A stretch of DNA of 64,000 bases, taken from positions 806,001 to 870,000 of the forward strand of contig CM035355.1 in the NCBI GenBank assembly GCA_020137815.1, given 5' to 3'. Made by a program: the position numbers and the translations under genes. Every line of letters begins with the position of its first letter. Positions within the stretch are counted from its first letter, which is position 1. This DNA comes from Hormiphora californensis. Its lineage: Eukaryota; Animalia; Ctenophora. The notes beneath the pieces were generated by a model, which saw only the letters and a program-made list of their open reading frames with translations, was not told the origin of the DNA and made no database searches. Below, piece by piece: positions 24,501-35,569 of this stretch.

Positions 24501-27500
24501 AAGGGGACAATTCTCATCTCCTCTTGACACTGGCAATTCCCCATCTGTCCCATGGAACTGACTAGAAGCAATATCGACTGCCCTCTCTCCCTGCATGAAA
24601 TATGGCAGCAAGCTATCCCAGGTCCACTCACTTCCCCATAAGCTGAAATCCTCCACATTGCCCCGTCCATAGATCATATCCCCAATACTACTGCTGCCAC
24701 CCAGCACCCGACCCAGAGGCAGTGTCATCCTATTGTTGATAAACCCCTGGGCAGAGTTTTGCTGGGGAAGGGTTTTGTAGTTCCAGACCAAGTTCTTGTC
24801 AGGGTCAAGGAGATTAACACTGGCAACAGGAATTCGGATGCTATGGTCATAATCAGGTCGACCTGCCTCTATTACTAGGATGGACGTGTTAGCCACCTCG
24901 GCTAACCGATGGGCGAGAACCGATCCAGCAGTCCCTCCTCCAACTATCACATAGTCGTACTCTTCTCTGAGGGATAAGATAATTTAAATAAAAGAGATCT
25001 GAATATAGCTCAACCACTACCCCTTCTGAGTTCCACCTCCCCTAGGTCCCCCCCTCCAGGCCCCAGGACTCCGGAACGCCCAATAATCTTACTATAACAC
25101 CCAATATTAATAACTAATGACGATAGGGGAACAGCAGCTGTACGGTTTGTTTACTGCTGTAACCATAGCAACACTCATTATATCGTTTTAAGGAACACGT
25201 GGGGCACACCGGCTAGAAATTATACCTTCCCAACCTACTATGAGCCGTCATATTTCTCATTCTGTTTTATTGAAGCTGACTCTATGTAGCTCGATCTAGT
25301 TTACTGATTTTAATGTCCTAATGATTCTCTTTTCTCTTAGTTAGTTTGCAATGTTTTAATACCCACCACACCAACTAGTCCTTTGCTCCACACTTTAACC
25401 TCTTGAAATATTTACCAGTCCAAAATGAGTTGCGATGATCATGTACTGGGTAACGCAACGCAAGTGCAACTATGGATGGAAGAGTTTAATGAAATAAAAA
25501 GTATTTTCCTGTGGTGTAGTACCCCGCCAGCTATTATTGGAGTTTCTCTCAACACCATCTGTCTGGTCTACTTTCTACGTTATCAAAGGAACAAACTTGG
25601 AGATCACATGGTTATTTTGCTCTGTGTCGCCGATATTATGGTCTGTATAACTTGTTTTTGGGTACAAGCCATCAGATGGGAACCGTCCTTAAACCTCAGA
25701 TTAACAATGAACGCTGTACATTTTTGTAACCTTTGTACAATCACAGCCGTATTTAACTTATGGTACCTCCGCATGAAGTCCATTTTAAAACCATTAAGTT
25801 TCACAAACAATCGACATGTTTACGGAATCGTTATCGCTGAAATGATTTTTGCAGCTGTCAGCTCCATTGCAGGCAGTCAGAAATCTTATGAAAACAGCGT
25901 TTTGAAAATGTTAAGTGGGACTAGTAGACAGGTAGATCAAGTGAAGGGAGACCTTTTCGGCTATGGTGTATTTAGTATCCTGTTATTTTCAACCAACGCA
26001 ATAGTGTTATGTTATTCTCTACGAGCTCAGTCAAAATTAACTGTTAACATTTCGGATACGGCCGATAATTCTACCAAAAAGCAAGCGGGAGTAACGGTTT
26101 GCCTGTTTGTTGCAGTTCAAATGTTTTATGGATTTTGTCTGACGGGCTGGTTTTTATGGCTTATGGAGGCGGAACTATCACGACTCAAAGCACAGGCGGG
26201 AAAAGTCTGTGTTTCGTTAAATGAAACAGACTACAAGTCAATGGGTTACGCACAAATTATAAACCCACTGGCTTGTCTTACATCTGCACTGAACCCAGCC
26301 ATTAACATTTGGAGAAATCACAAACTAAATTCCTATGTGATGGGAATGTTCTGAAGTCGACAAGAAGAACAGACAAGTGTGGGAACAGAATCAGCAAACG
26401 CATAGTGGAAGTCGACTGGACATTTTCCCATTTCAATTTGTCCCTCCTCTTTTCCTTCCAGGACACCGGAGCGCCCAATATCGGTTTGTTTACTGCTGTA
26501 ACTATAGTAACACTCATTATATCGTTTTAAGGAACACGTGGGGGCACACCGGCCAGAAATTATACCTTCCTAACCTACTATGAGCCGTCATATTTCTCAT
26601 TCTGTTTTATTGAAGCTGACTCTATGTAGCTTGAGCTAGTTTACTGATTTTAATGTCCTAATGATTCTCTTTTCTCTTAGTTAGTTTGCAGTGTTTTAAT
26701 ACCAACCACACCGATAATTCCTTTGCTCGAAACTTTAACCTCTTTAAATGTTTACCAGTCCAAAATGAGCTGCGATGATCATGTACTGGGTAACGCAACG
26801 CAAGTGCAACTATGGATGGAAGAGTTTAATGAAATAAAATGTATTTTCCTGTGGTGTAGTACCCCGTCAGCTATTATTGGAGTTTCTCTCAACACCATCT
26901 GTCTGGTCTACTTTCTACGTTATCAAAGGAACAAACTTGGAGATCACATGGTTATTTTGCTCTGTGTCGCCGATATTATGGTCTGTATAACTTGTTTTTG
27001 GGTACAAGCCATCAGATGGGAACCGTCCTTAAACCTCAGATTAACAATGAACGCTGTACATTTTTGTAACCTTTGTACAATCGCAGCCGTATTTAACTTA
27101 TGGTACCTCCGCATGAAGTCCATTTTAAAACCATTAAGTTTCACAAACAATCGAATTGTTTACGGAATCGTTATCGCTGAATTTATTTTTGCAGCTGTCA
27201 GCTCCATTGCAGGCAGTCAGAAATCTTATGAAAACATCGTTTTGAAAATGTTAAGTGGGACTAGTAGACAGGTAGATCAAGTGAAGGGAGACCTTTTCGG
27301 CTATGGTGTATTTAGTATCCTGTTATTTTCAACCAACGCAATAGTGTTATGTTATTCTCTACGAGCTCAGTCAAAATTAACTGTTAACATTTCGGATACG
27401 GCCGATGATTCTACCAAAAAGCGAGCGGGAGTAACGGTTTGCCTGTTTGTTGCAGTTCAAATGTTTTATGGATTTTGTCTGACGGGCTGGTTTTTATGGC

Positions 27501-30500
27501 TTATGGAGGCGGAACTATCACGACTCAAAGCACAGGCGGGAAAAGTCTGTGTTTTGGTAAATGAAACTGACTACAAGGCCATGGGTTACGCACAAATTAT
27601 AAACCCACTAGCATGTCTTACATCTGCACTGAACCCATGCAATTAACATTTGGAGAAATCACAAACTAAATTCCTGGGTGATGGGAATGTTCCGAAGTCG
27701 ACAAGAAGAACAGACAAGTGTGGCAACAGGATCAACCAACGCATAATGGTCTTTTTTTTTTAACTTGTGCAAAATTTTTTCCGAAAATGACATAAGTTCA
27801 GTTTTTTCGACTTTTATCATAGTTTTTTTCAAAAAATATTATTTTCCAACGAATATTATGTGTAAAAGTGTATAGGGAATAGATTTACAGGCAAAATAAA
27901 TTAAAAACTCATCTCGTGAGGTGCCGGTGACCATGTTTGCAAAAGCGTGTGCCATTCCGTCAAATTTTAATATTTTTTCCTAAAATTTTCGAAAATATGC
28001 TGAAAAATGTCCAATATAAACACCTTTAAAATATGTAAGCAAACTTACTCAATCTATGAGGTGCAACCGGTGTTTAAAGTTACACTGTATACTTACAGCT
28101 ACTTTTAAGCCCGTAGCACCTCACGTTTCACGACTTTTCCTAGCTAGATACTTGCAGTAGACTCAAAACCATCATTTGTACCAAAAAAACTCCAAAAATT
28201 TTGCTCAATGAGTGAGGTGCACCCAAAAAACTGTATTTTCTTCAAACGCTAATTGCACCTCACTCAGTGAGTATATAGTTCTAAAAGTGGCCTTAATTTG
28301 CTCATATGACATCACCAAACACTACCTAATCGATTCCAAGGTCATTGCTCAACCTGTGAGGTGCAGTGGAGAAGTAGGTAAAATATGTCATTTTTTGAGG
28401 GTCTGCACCTCACTCGCTGAGTAATTTTTAGAGCAAATTTTGGGTAAATCAGGAGGGAAATTGTCTAATCTTGCTTTAAGTTTCAATTCTTTATTTACTC
28501 ATTTGACCCCTAGTGAGTAAACTTTTAGCTCTAAAATCGGCTTGCACCTCACCAAATGAGTAAATTTTTCCATGGTTTTCACCTCATCTGATGAGTGAGA
28601 AATATCCCCACCATTTCTGAAAGTTTGGAGATTTTTGATCAAACGGTATTTCTACAAATCGGGGGCACCTCACGATAGTTGTTTTGTTCAAACCGGGGCG
28701 CGGGGAGGGAGGGTCGAACAAGGCAACACGATAGCACCTCACGGCGTAGAAATGCTATAGCACCTCACTGGAGTAAGCTAGAGACTTCGTTCTTTCACTA
28801 AATTGAACTTGTAATATTTCTCGATTTTTTGAGGTGCTGAGTAAATTTCCAGTGGCCACAGCGATTTTGCTATGATCATTTGAAAAAATTTGGTAGTTGC
28901 ACAAGTTAATAAAAAAAAATGACCTAATGGAAGTCGACTGGACATTTTCCCATTTCAATTTGTCCCTCGTGGGGGACACCGGCCAGAAATTATACCTTCC
29001 CAACCTACTATTATATGAGCCGTCATATTTCTCATTCTGCCTTATTGAAGCTGACTTAATGTAGTTCGAGCTAGTTTACTGATTTTAATGTCCTAATGAT
29101 TCTCTTTTCTCTTAGTTAGTTTGCAGTGTTTCAATACCAACCACACCGATAATTCCTTTGCTCCACACTTTAACCTCTTTAAATGTTTACCAGTCCAAAA
29201 TGAGCTGCGATGATCATGTACTGGGTAACGCAACGCAAGTGCAACTATGGATGGAAGAGTTTAATGAAATAAAAAGTATTTTCCTGTGGTGTAGTACCCC
29301 GTCAGCTATTATTGGAGTTTCTCTCAACACCTATCTGTCTGGTCTACTTTCTACGGTATCAACGGAACAAACTTGGAGATCACATGGTTATTTTGCTCTG
29401 TGTCGCCGATATTATGGTCTGTATCACTTGTGTTTGGGTAGAAGCTATCACATGGGAACCGTCCCTTAACCTTCGACTGGCGATAAACGCTGCACATTTT
29501 TGTAATCTTTGGACAATTATAGCTGTATTTAACTTATGGTACCTCCGCATGAAGTCCATTTTAAAACCACTAAGTTTGACAAACAATCGAATTGTTTACG
29601 GAATCATTATCGCTGAATTTATTTTTGCAGGTGCCGGATCCATTGCAGGCACCCAGAATGACACTTATGAAAACGTTCTGAAAATGTTAAATGGAACCAG
29701 TAGACGAGTGGGTCAAGCAAAGGTAGAAGTTATCACCTATGCTGGTTCAAGTATCTTGTTCTTTTCAGCCAACGCTATTGTCTTATGGTATTCTCTAAGG
29801 GCTCGGGCAAAACTAACTGTTAATATTTCGGATACGACTGATGATTCTACCAAAAAGCGAGCAGCGGTAACGGTTTGCCTGCTTGTTGCTGTTCAAATAT
29901 TTTCCGGTTGTATTCTGTTGAGCTGGTGTTTATGGCTTATGCAGGCGCAACTATCTCGACTCAAAGTACAGACGGGACAAGTCTGTGTTTTGTCAAATGA
30001 AACTGACTACAAGGCCATGGGTTACGCACAAATTATAAACCCACTAGCTTGTCTTACATCTGCACTGAACCCAGCCATTAACATTTGGAGAAATCACAAA
30101 CTAAATTCCTGGGTGATGGGAATGTTCAGAAGTCGACAAGAAGTACAGACAGGTGTGGCAACAGGGTCAACCAACGCATAATGAAGTGGAAAGTTGTGTA
30201 CTTCATTAGACATTAGTTGTCCTGTTCTGAATTCTGATTATGATATGCTATTAACTAAAATTACTTTATTCAAACATAAATATTATTTTTATTGGTTCTT
30301 TAAAATTCATTGATCCATAACCAATAGCAAAAAACCATCCGGGCGCAGCCTGGTCAGAAAGTGTGACATAGATCGTGATCTTATTGTTGAATAGAGCTGG
30401 CTTGAACATCAAGATTTGATAATGAGATTCAGTTAGAGGATGAAAACATGCCCAAATAAGGAATTAACCCACTGATGATCAGAGAAAATATATAAACCGA

Positions 30501-30809
30501 CAACTTTCTCGTTAAATAGTTTCAACTTCTAACTCAACTACTGAAGACTATATTCTTACCATCACCGTACATTAAAATCAAAAGTATATTTTGTCCCATT
30601 TTGTCCCACAAGACCCTAACACGTCCTATCCCATCCACCACCCCCACAGATTCCCCCTCAAGATATTATTACCTGATGGTATGCGAGGGGTAAACTGGCT
30701 CAAAGGGCTCACAGAAGGTATAGAATGCTGCCAGGATGGCCAATAGGACAACTCCCCATGCCTTCTGACCGGTAGTCAACGGGGGACTAGGCTTGGACTG
30801 GTAGGACAT
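21554..30809 (-). CDS. GMC (glucose-methanol-choline) oxidoreductase with N-terminal hydrophobic anchor, multi-exon
   Basis: Exon 1 (30809-30673, MSYQ...WGVVLLAILAAFYTF...TIR) joins in phase 2 to exon 2 at 24966 (EEYDYVIVGGGTAGSVLA...GRVLGGSS). Later motifs ETPKLLMLSGIGP, LLHPKSTGEVRL, HPSGTC and GVEGLRVVDSSIFP. TAG at 21556-21554. Confidence 0.88.
23467..24389. mobile_element. Mariner-type non-autonomous element in GMC intron, 923 bp
   Basis: TIRs TTAGGTTGTCCCAGAAAGAATGTCGTGT and its reverse complement ending at 24389. TA flanks at 23465-23466 and 24390-24391. No transposase ORF. Confidence 0.85.
25425..26354 (+). CDS. Intronless 7TM rhodopsin-like orphan GPCR, copy 1 (nested antisense in GMC intron 1)
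   Basis: 309-aa ORF with seven hydrophobic segments: TM1 GVSLN, TM2 LCVAD, TM7 SALNPAINIWRN. TGA replaces the AGA/CGA of the paralogues, shortening the C-tail. Confidence 0.8.
   Translation: MSCDDHVLGNATQVQLWMEEFNEIKSIFLWCSTPPAIIGVSLNTICLVYFLRYQRNKLGDHMVILLCVADIMVCITCFWVQAIRWEPSLNLRLTMNAVHFCNLCTITAVFNLWYLRMKSILKPLSFTNNRHVYGIVIAEMIFAAVSSIAGSQKSYENSVLKMLSGTSRQVDQVKGDLFGYGVFSILLFSTNAIVLCYSLRAQSKLTVNISDTADNSTKKQAGVTVCLFVAVQMFYGFCLTGWFLWLMEAELSRLKAQAGKVCVSLNETDYKSMGYAQIINPLACLTSALNPAINIWRNHKLNSYVMGMF
26765..27746 (+). CDS. 7TM GPCR copy 2 (apparent +1 frameshift at 27637/27638)
   Basis: Near-identical to copy 1. Reads AAC CCA T GCA where copies 1 and 3 have AAC CCA GCC; removing one base restores the frame to TAA at 27744-27746. 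Confidence 0.75.
27748..28924. mobile_element. Non-autonomous TIR element with 4-bp TAAT TSD, inserted at the GPCR copy 2 stop codon
   Basis: Imperfect TIRs GGTCTTTTTTTTTTAACTTGTGCAA / TTGCACAAGTTAATAAAAAAAAATGACC. TAAT at 27744-27747 and 28925-28928. The equivalent empty site is visible after copy 1 (GCATAGTGGAAGTCGAC, ~26400). Confidence 0.8.
29200..30181 (+). CDS. 7TM GPCR copy 3, more diverged (apparent +1 frameshift at 29331/29332)
   Basis: ATG at 29200 aligns with copies 1 and 2. Reads AAC ACC T ATC vs AAC ACC ATC; the remainder is ORF 29312-30181. Confidence 0.75.
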
Positions 30810-30986
30810 TACAATCTAAAACTCAAACCATTCACCTAGATAATGGGATTGGCGATTAATATTGCGTTGAAGAATGATGAACATTGTGAAATATAAAGGT
30901 GAATGTAGTCAGAGACAAAGATGAGTGAGATTAACAGAAGCTGCAAGAAAGAAAGATATGATTTTCCCGGGCCAGGGAATCTTTAA

Positions 30987-31436
30987 AGGTTGACAAGATA
31001 CCTAAAACTTTTCGTATATCGTCTTATTTTGATTTATCATTAATTTTCAGCATTTTTTCAGAATTTTTTGTCGGCTAGAAATATGTGCAAAATAGGGGGT
31101 CTACTGACAAATGAGTGTGCCTTTTTTTAAATTGATAACGTAATATCTCCGGTTCCTGATGAGATACAGAAACCGTTTTGGTAGCGTTGGAAAGGTCTTA
31201 TTGAGACCAATCCAACGCAACCAAGATCAAGTCTTTATCTTTTGAGGAACCGGAAACGTGAATTTCAATTTGCGAGACGCAGTGAGTGTGCCCAGTAAAA
31301 CCAGTGCTGACAATATCGGTAGACCCCCTATTTCGAATTTTTTTCTAGCCGGCAAAAAATTCTGAAAAAATGCTGAAAATTAATGATAAATCAAAATAAG
31401 ACGATATACGAAAAGTTTTAGGTATCTTGTCAACCT
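30987..31436. mobile_element. TTAA-flanked MITE with ~95-bp TIRs (Kolobok-like), 450 bp
   Basis: AGGTTGACAAGATACCTAAAAC... / ...GTTTTAGGTATCTTGTCAACCT. TTAA at 30983-30986 and 31437-31440. Confidence 0.85.
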
Positions 31437-31565
31437 TTAATAGCAAGGTAAATCCTCAAAAAGACAAAGAAAGAGAGTAGCGGTATGAGAGTCAAAGAAT
31501 TTGCAGCCTAAGTCGACGAAGGACTAAACGAATACTCTCAACAAGTGTGTGGGTGTTAGAGAGAA

Positions 31566-31641
<76 letters not shown>

Positions 31642-32195
31642 AGAGAGATATATCAGAAGAGAGACTAGAGTCGCTCTTCTCTCGAGCTCGGCTCTTCTCT
31701 CCTCTCCGCTTTTCTCATCGCTCGCTCTATCCTCTCGCATATCATATCTCGTCGTGGACGGAAGTTTGTAACTGGTTAATTACCTAGTGTTGAAAGCAAA
31801 GGCTAAGAGAATCCATTCGAATGGGAGAATGGAAACAAAGAGAGATAAATGGTGACGAGCAACGATATTATTCAAGCAGAGCTCCTAGATGTAGAAATAA
31901 AATGAAAGCAAGAGAGCTAGAGAAGGTTTTTTTTGCTTGACAAAATATGAACAGAAAATAAATTTGATCTTCATGTCCCAGATTCTTATCAAAACAAAAA
32001 AAGAGTATGCCCATTGGCCTCAGGAAAAAAAGGAGCAAGCGGTAACCTGATTAGTGTTTGTGCATTATATATAAACCCCAGCTGCTGCAGCCAAGACCTG
32101 CTGAACTACTTACACATCATACAAGATAATGGTTATATTATGTGAGAGTGAGAGAGTGAGTTAGAGAGATAGATGGAGAGATAGATGGAGTGAGT

Positions 32196-32254
<59 letters not shown>

Positions 32255-32977
32255 AAGAGAGAGAGTCGGTCGCGCAGCGCTCTGTGCGCTTTTCTCTCTC
32301 TCTCTCTCTCGCTCCTCGAGCTCGGAGCGCCACTTCGCTCTCGCTCGCGTGTGACCGCCTGGAAGAAGTTAGGTTCAAGCACAGAGCCGATTCAGGTAGG
32401 TAAACTAGAAAGTGGTGATCACTGACCACTTGAAGATTAAACCACAAATTAGTCACAAGAAGATGTAGATTGTAGATGTGAGCAAAGAAACGAAGCAAGA
32501 GAATGAGAGAAAAGAACTGAACAAAGCGCTTGAGCAGTTTCTATGAAATACATTTAGTACACAGCTGTTGAAGCACATAGCAGCAGGGCCAGATTAGATT
32601 CCACGGCACAGTGAGACAGTAGAAAATAGTCAGTATATATCGCCAATTCTGGAAGAGAGAAAATGACAAAGGGTTGAGAAAAAGGGAGAGAGTGGAAGAG
32701 AGACAAAGGGAGAGAAATAGAGAAAGAGTGTGAGAGAGAGAGAGAAAAAAGTACGCAAAATTCAGTTAAAGACATAGAACGGCTACAAGAGAGAAGAAAA
32801 GCGGTAGTAACTAGTGGTAGCAGGTAGCTGTCTGGGAACGCGACAAAAGAGAGGGATCGAGTTGGCAGTCATTGTCATGATCTTGGAACCACTGCGACAA
32901 GATTCAGCTTGAAGGATTGAGAGAGAATAGTGCTATCTTCCAGAAGTTATCTTAAATTGAGATCTCATCTAGCTTAA

Positions 32978-34283
32978 GGGTACACCTCGGCGAAATTTTT
33001 GTCGAGTGCCCGCTTAGCTCACCATATAATGGGGTTGTAGGGCATACCCAGGGGACCTCAAATATGCAATTTTAGCCCTTAACTCGAATTCATATTTTTG
33101 CTATAGCCCCTCAAAGTTGGAAAAAATAGGACCCTAAATCGCGGTTTTTAAGGTTCCTAAATTTTAATTTCAGGGCTGGAAGGCTGAAATTTTGGGGATT
33201 TGTAGAGGATACCAAGGTGTATCAGCCCAAGCGGTGAGTTTTTAAATGGTGCTCAATTTTTTGTCTGAGACCATTTTACATTTTTTCAACTTTGAGGCCA
33301 TATTTGGACATGTTCCTATGGACCGTTAAGGCTAAAAATCGGATATTTGGTGCTCCTGACAATTGTCAAAGTAGCCACAAATTTTCAGGAGGTCCGAATT
33401 TGAAATGTGGCCTACAGGTTTCTTTTTGTAAAGTACATATTTTAGGAAAACATAAAATGGATATATCTCAAAAACGGTAGGTCCTAGCGATCTAATTTTG
33501 TGCTAAATCGATTCAGCGGGTCCGATTTTGGGGGGGGGGGTCGTCTCCTAGACATTTTGCTCTAAGTCTAACCGTTTTTTCAGAAATCGTATTTTAAGAT
33601 TTGTACATGTTTAGCAGAAATGCTTCTAGCTAGAGCTAATCTTACCTATTTCTGCTAAACGTGTACAAATCTTAAAATACGATTTCTGAAAAAACGGTTA
33701 GACTTAGAGCAAAATGTGTAGGAGACGACCCCCCAAAATCGGACCCGCTGAATCGATTTAGCACGAAATTAGATCGCTAGGACCTACCGTTTTTGAGTTA
33801 TAGCCATTTTAAGTTTTTCTAAAATATGTGCTTTACAAAAAGAAACCTGTAGGCCACATTTCAAATTCGGACCTCCTGAAAATTTGTGGCTACTTTGACA
33901 ATTGTCAGGAGCACCAAATATCCGATTTTTAGCCTTAACGGTCCATAGGAACATGTCCAAATATGGCCTCAAAGTCGAAAAAATGTAAAATGGTCTCAGA
34001 CAAAAAATTGAGCACCATTTCAAAAATCACCGCTTGGGCTGATACACCTTGGTATCCTCTACAAATCCCCAAAATTTCAGCCTTCCAGCCCTGAAATTAA
34101 AATTTAGGAACCTTAAAAACCGCGATTTAGGGTCCTATTTTTTCCAACTTTGAGGGGCTATAGCAAAAATATGAATTCGAGTTAAGGGCTAAAATTGCAT
34201 ATTTGAGGTCCCCTGGGTATGCCCTACAACCCCATATGGTGAGCTAAGCGGGCACTCGACAAAAATTTCGCCGAGGTGTACCC
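32978..34283. mobile_element. Fold-back (giant palindromic) TTAA element, 1306 bp
   Basis: Arms of ~640 bp are near-perfect reverse complements (GGGTACACCTCGGCG...CGCCGAGGTGTACCC) around a ~26-nt spacer at ~33622-33647. TTAA at 32974-32977 and 34284-34287. Confidence 0.9.
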
Positions 34284-35569
34284 TTAAGGTACATCAACGA
34301 AATAATATTGAGAGACCTGTGAGCAAAATAATATCCCAAATTAATTTTAGCAAATAATTTAAGGTCACGTCACGCAGCTGCAAAATTGTTCACGTGGAGA
34401 AAGACACGACGTATACACGTATTCCCGTGGGGTTATGAGACAATAAATATATTCGTGTGACATGCAAATGACACATTACTAAAAGTGGAGGTCACTCAGT
34501 GAACTTCTCTCTGTTTCTCTCTATATTTATTTCTCTCTCACTCCCTTTTCTCTCTCTCTCTCTCCCTCCCTCTCTCTCCCTTCTAGTTCTAGTTCTCGAT
34601 CTCCGTAACTCTCTCTTCTTATATTTTTCCTGTCTCTCCTCTTTCATTATTGCCTTCTTTCTCACTCAACCCACATTCTCTCTCCATACCCAATCTATAT
34701 CCCTCACCATCTACTACGTATCAAAATATCAAGTATCTCTTCAACTCTCTCATCCGACCATCTCTATGTCTTTCTCAGACAATAAAATCTCCTCTCATCA
34801 CAAACAATGATCATGTAACTTTATCCTTACTCTCATCAATCCCATCTCTATGTTCGATCCTTCTACCTCATTAACGTACAATTATCAACGTCTCATCATC
34901 CATCGTATCTAATGAAAGAAAGGTACACAAGATCCGCTACCATAGAATAGTACCACGAGATCAAGTACAGAAATAAGGTACATGATCTCGAGACGACTAG
35001 TCGATCGACCAGCTCAGGAACTGAGAGAGTAGAGACACGCTTATGTAGACGATGACAAGAGGTCCGAGAGCTCGAGAGCGTAGATTAGATAGCAGAGCTC
35101 AGTCTAGACGCGATCTCTGATTCTCCCTAGACTCTTCCGACCCGAGAGCATCGCAAGTCGACATGCCAGGCTCTCCCTTCTGGAGGTGATTAGTGGGAGA
35201 AGAAAAGATAGTGTGGTCTAGTGTCTATTTGATGTCTGACTAGTCGTGGGATAAACGCATAACATTTTAGCTGCAGGACGAAAGATAAAAATACTTTAAG
35301 TTCGCACATAATTTACCTCATAATAACATAACGCATAGAAAATTGTTTAAAATCCCTCAACTTAGGTCACACATTGACTTGAAATGCAGTAGAAAACAAC
35401 ACACTAGGTAGGAAATATATGGAAACAATACATCACACCAAAATCTGGCATTCTAGTTACTTCCTCCTTCACACACGGCTTATTCTTTCTCTTTCCCCTC
35501 TTTATTATAACTACTATTCTTTCTCTTTCCCCTCTTTATCTCTACTATTCTTCTCCCTCTCTCTTACTT

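Noticed and set aside
33292-34023. Mirror-image ORF pair suggesting duplicated genes
   Set aside because: A by-product of the fold-back palindrome; no protein motifs.
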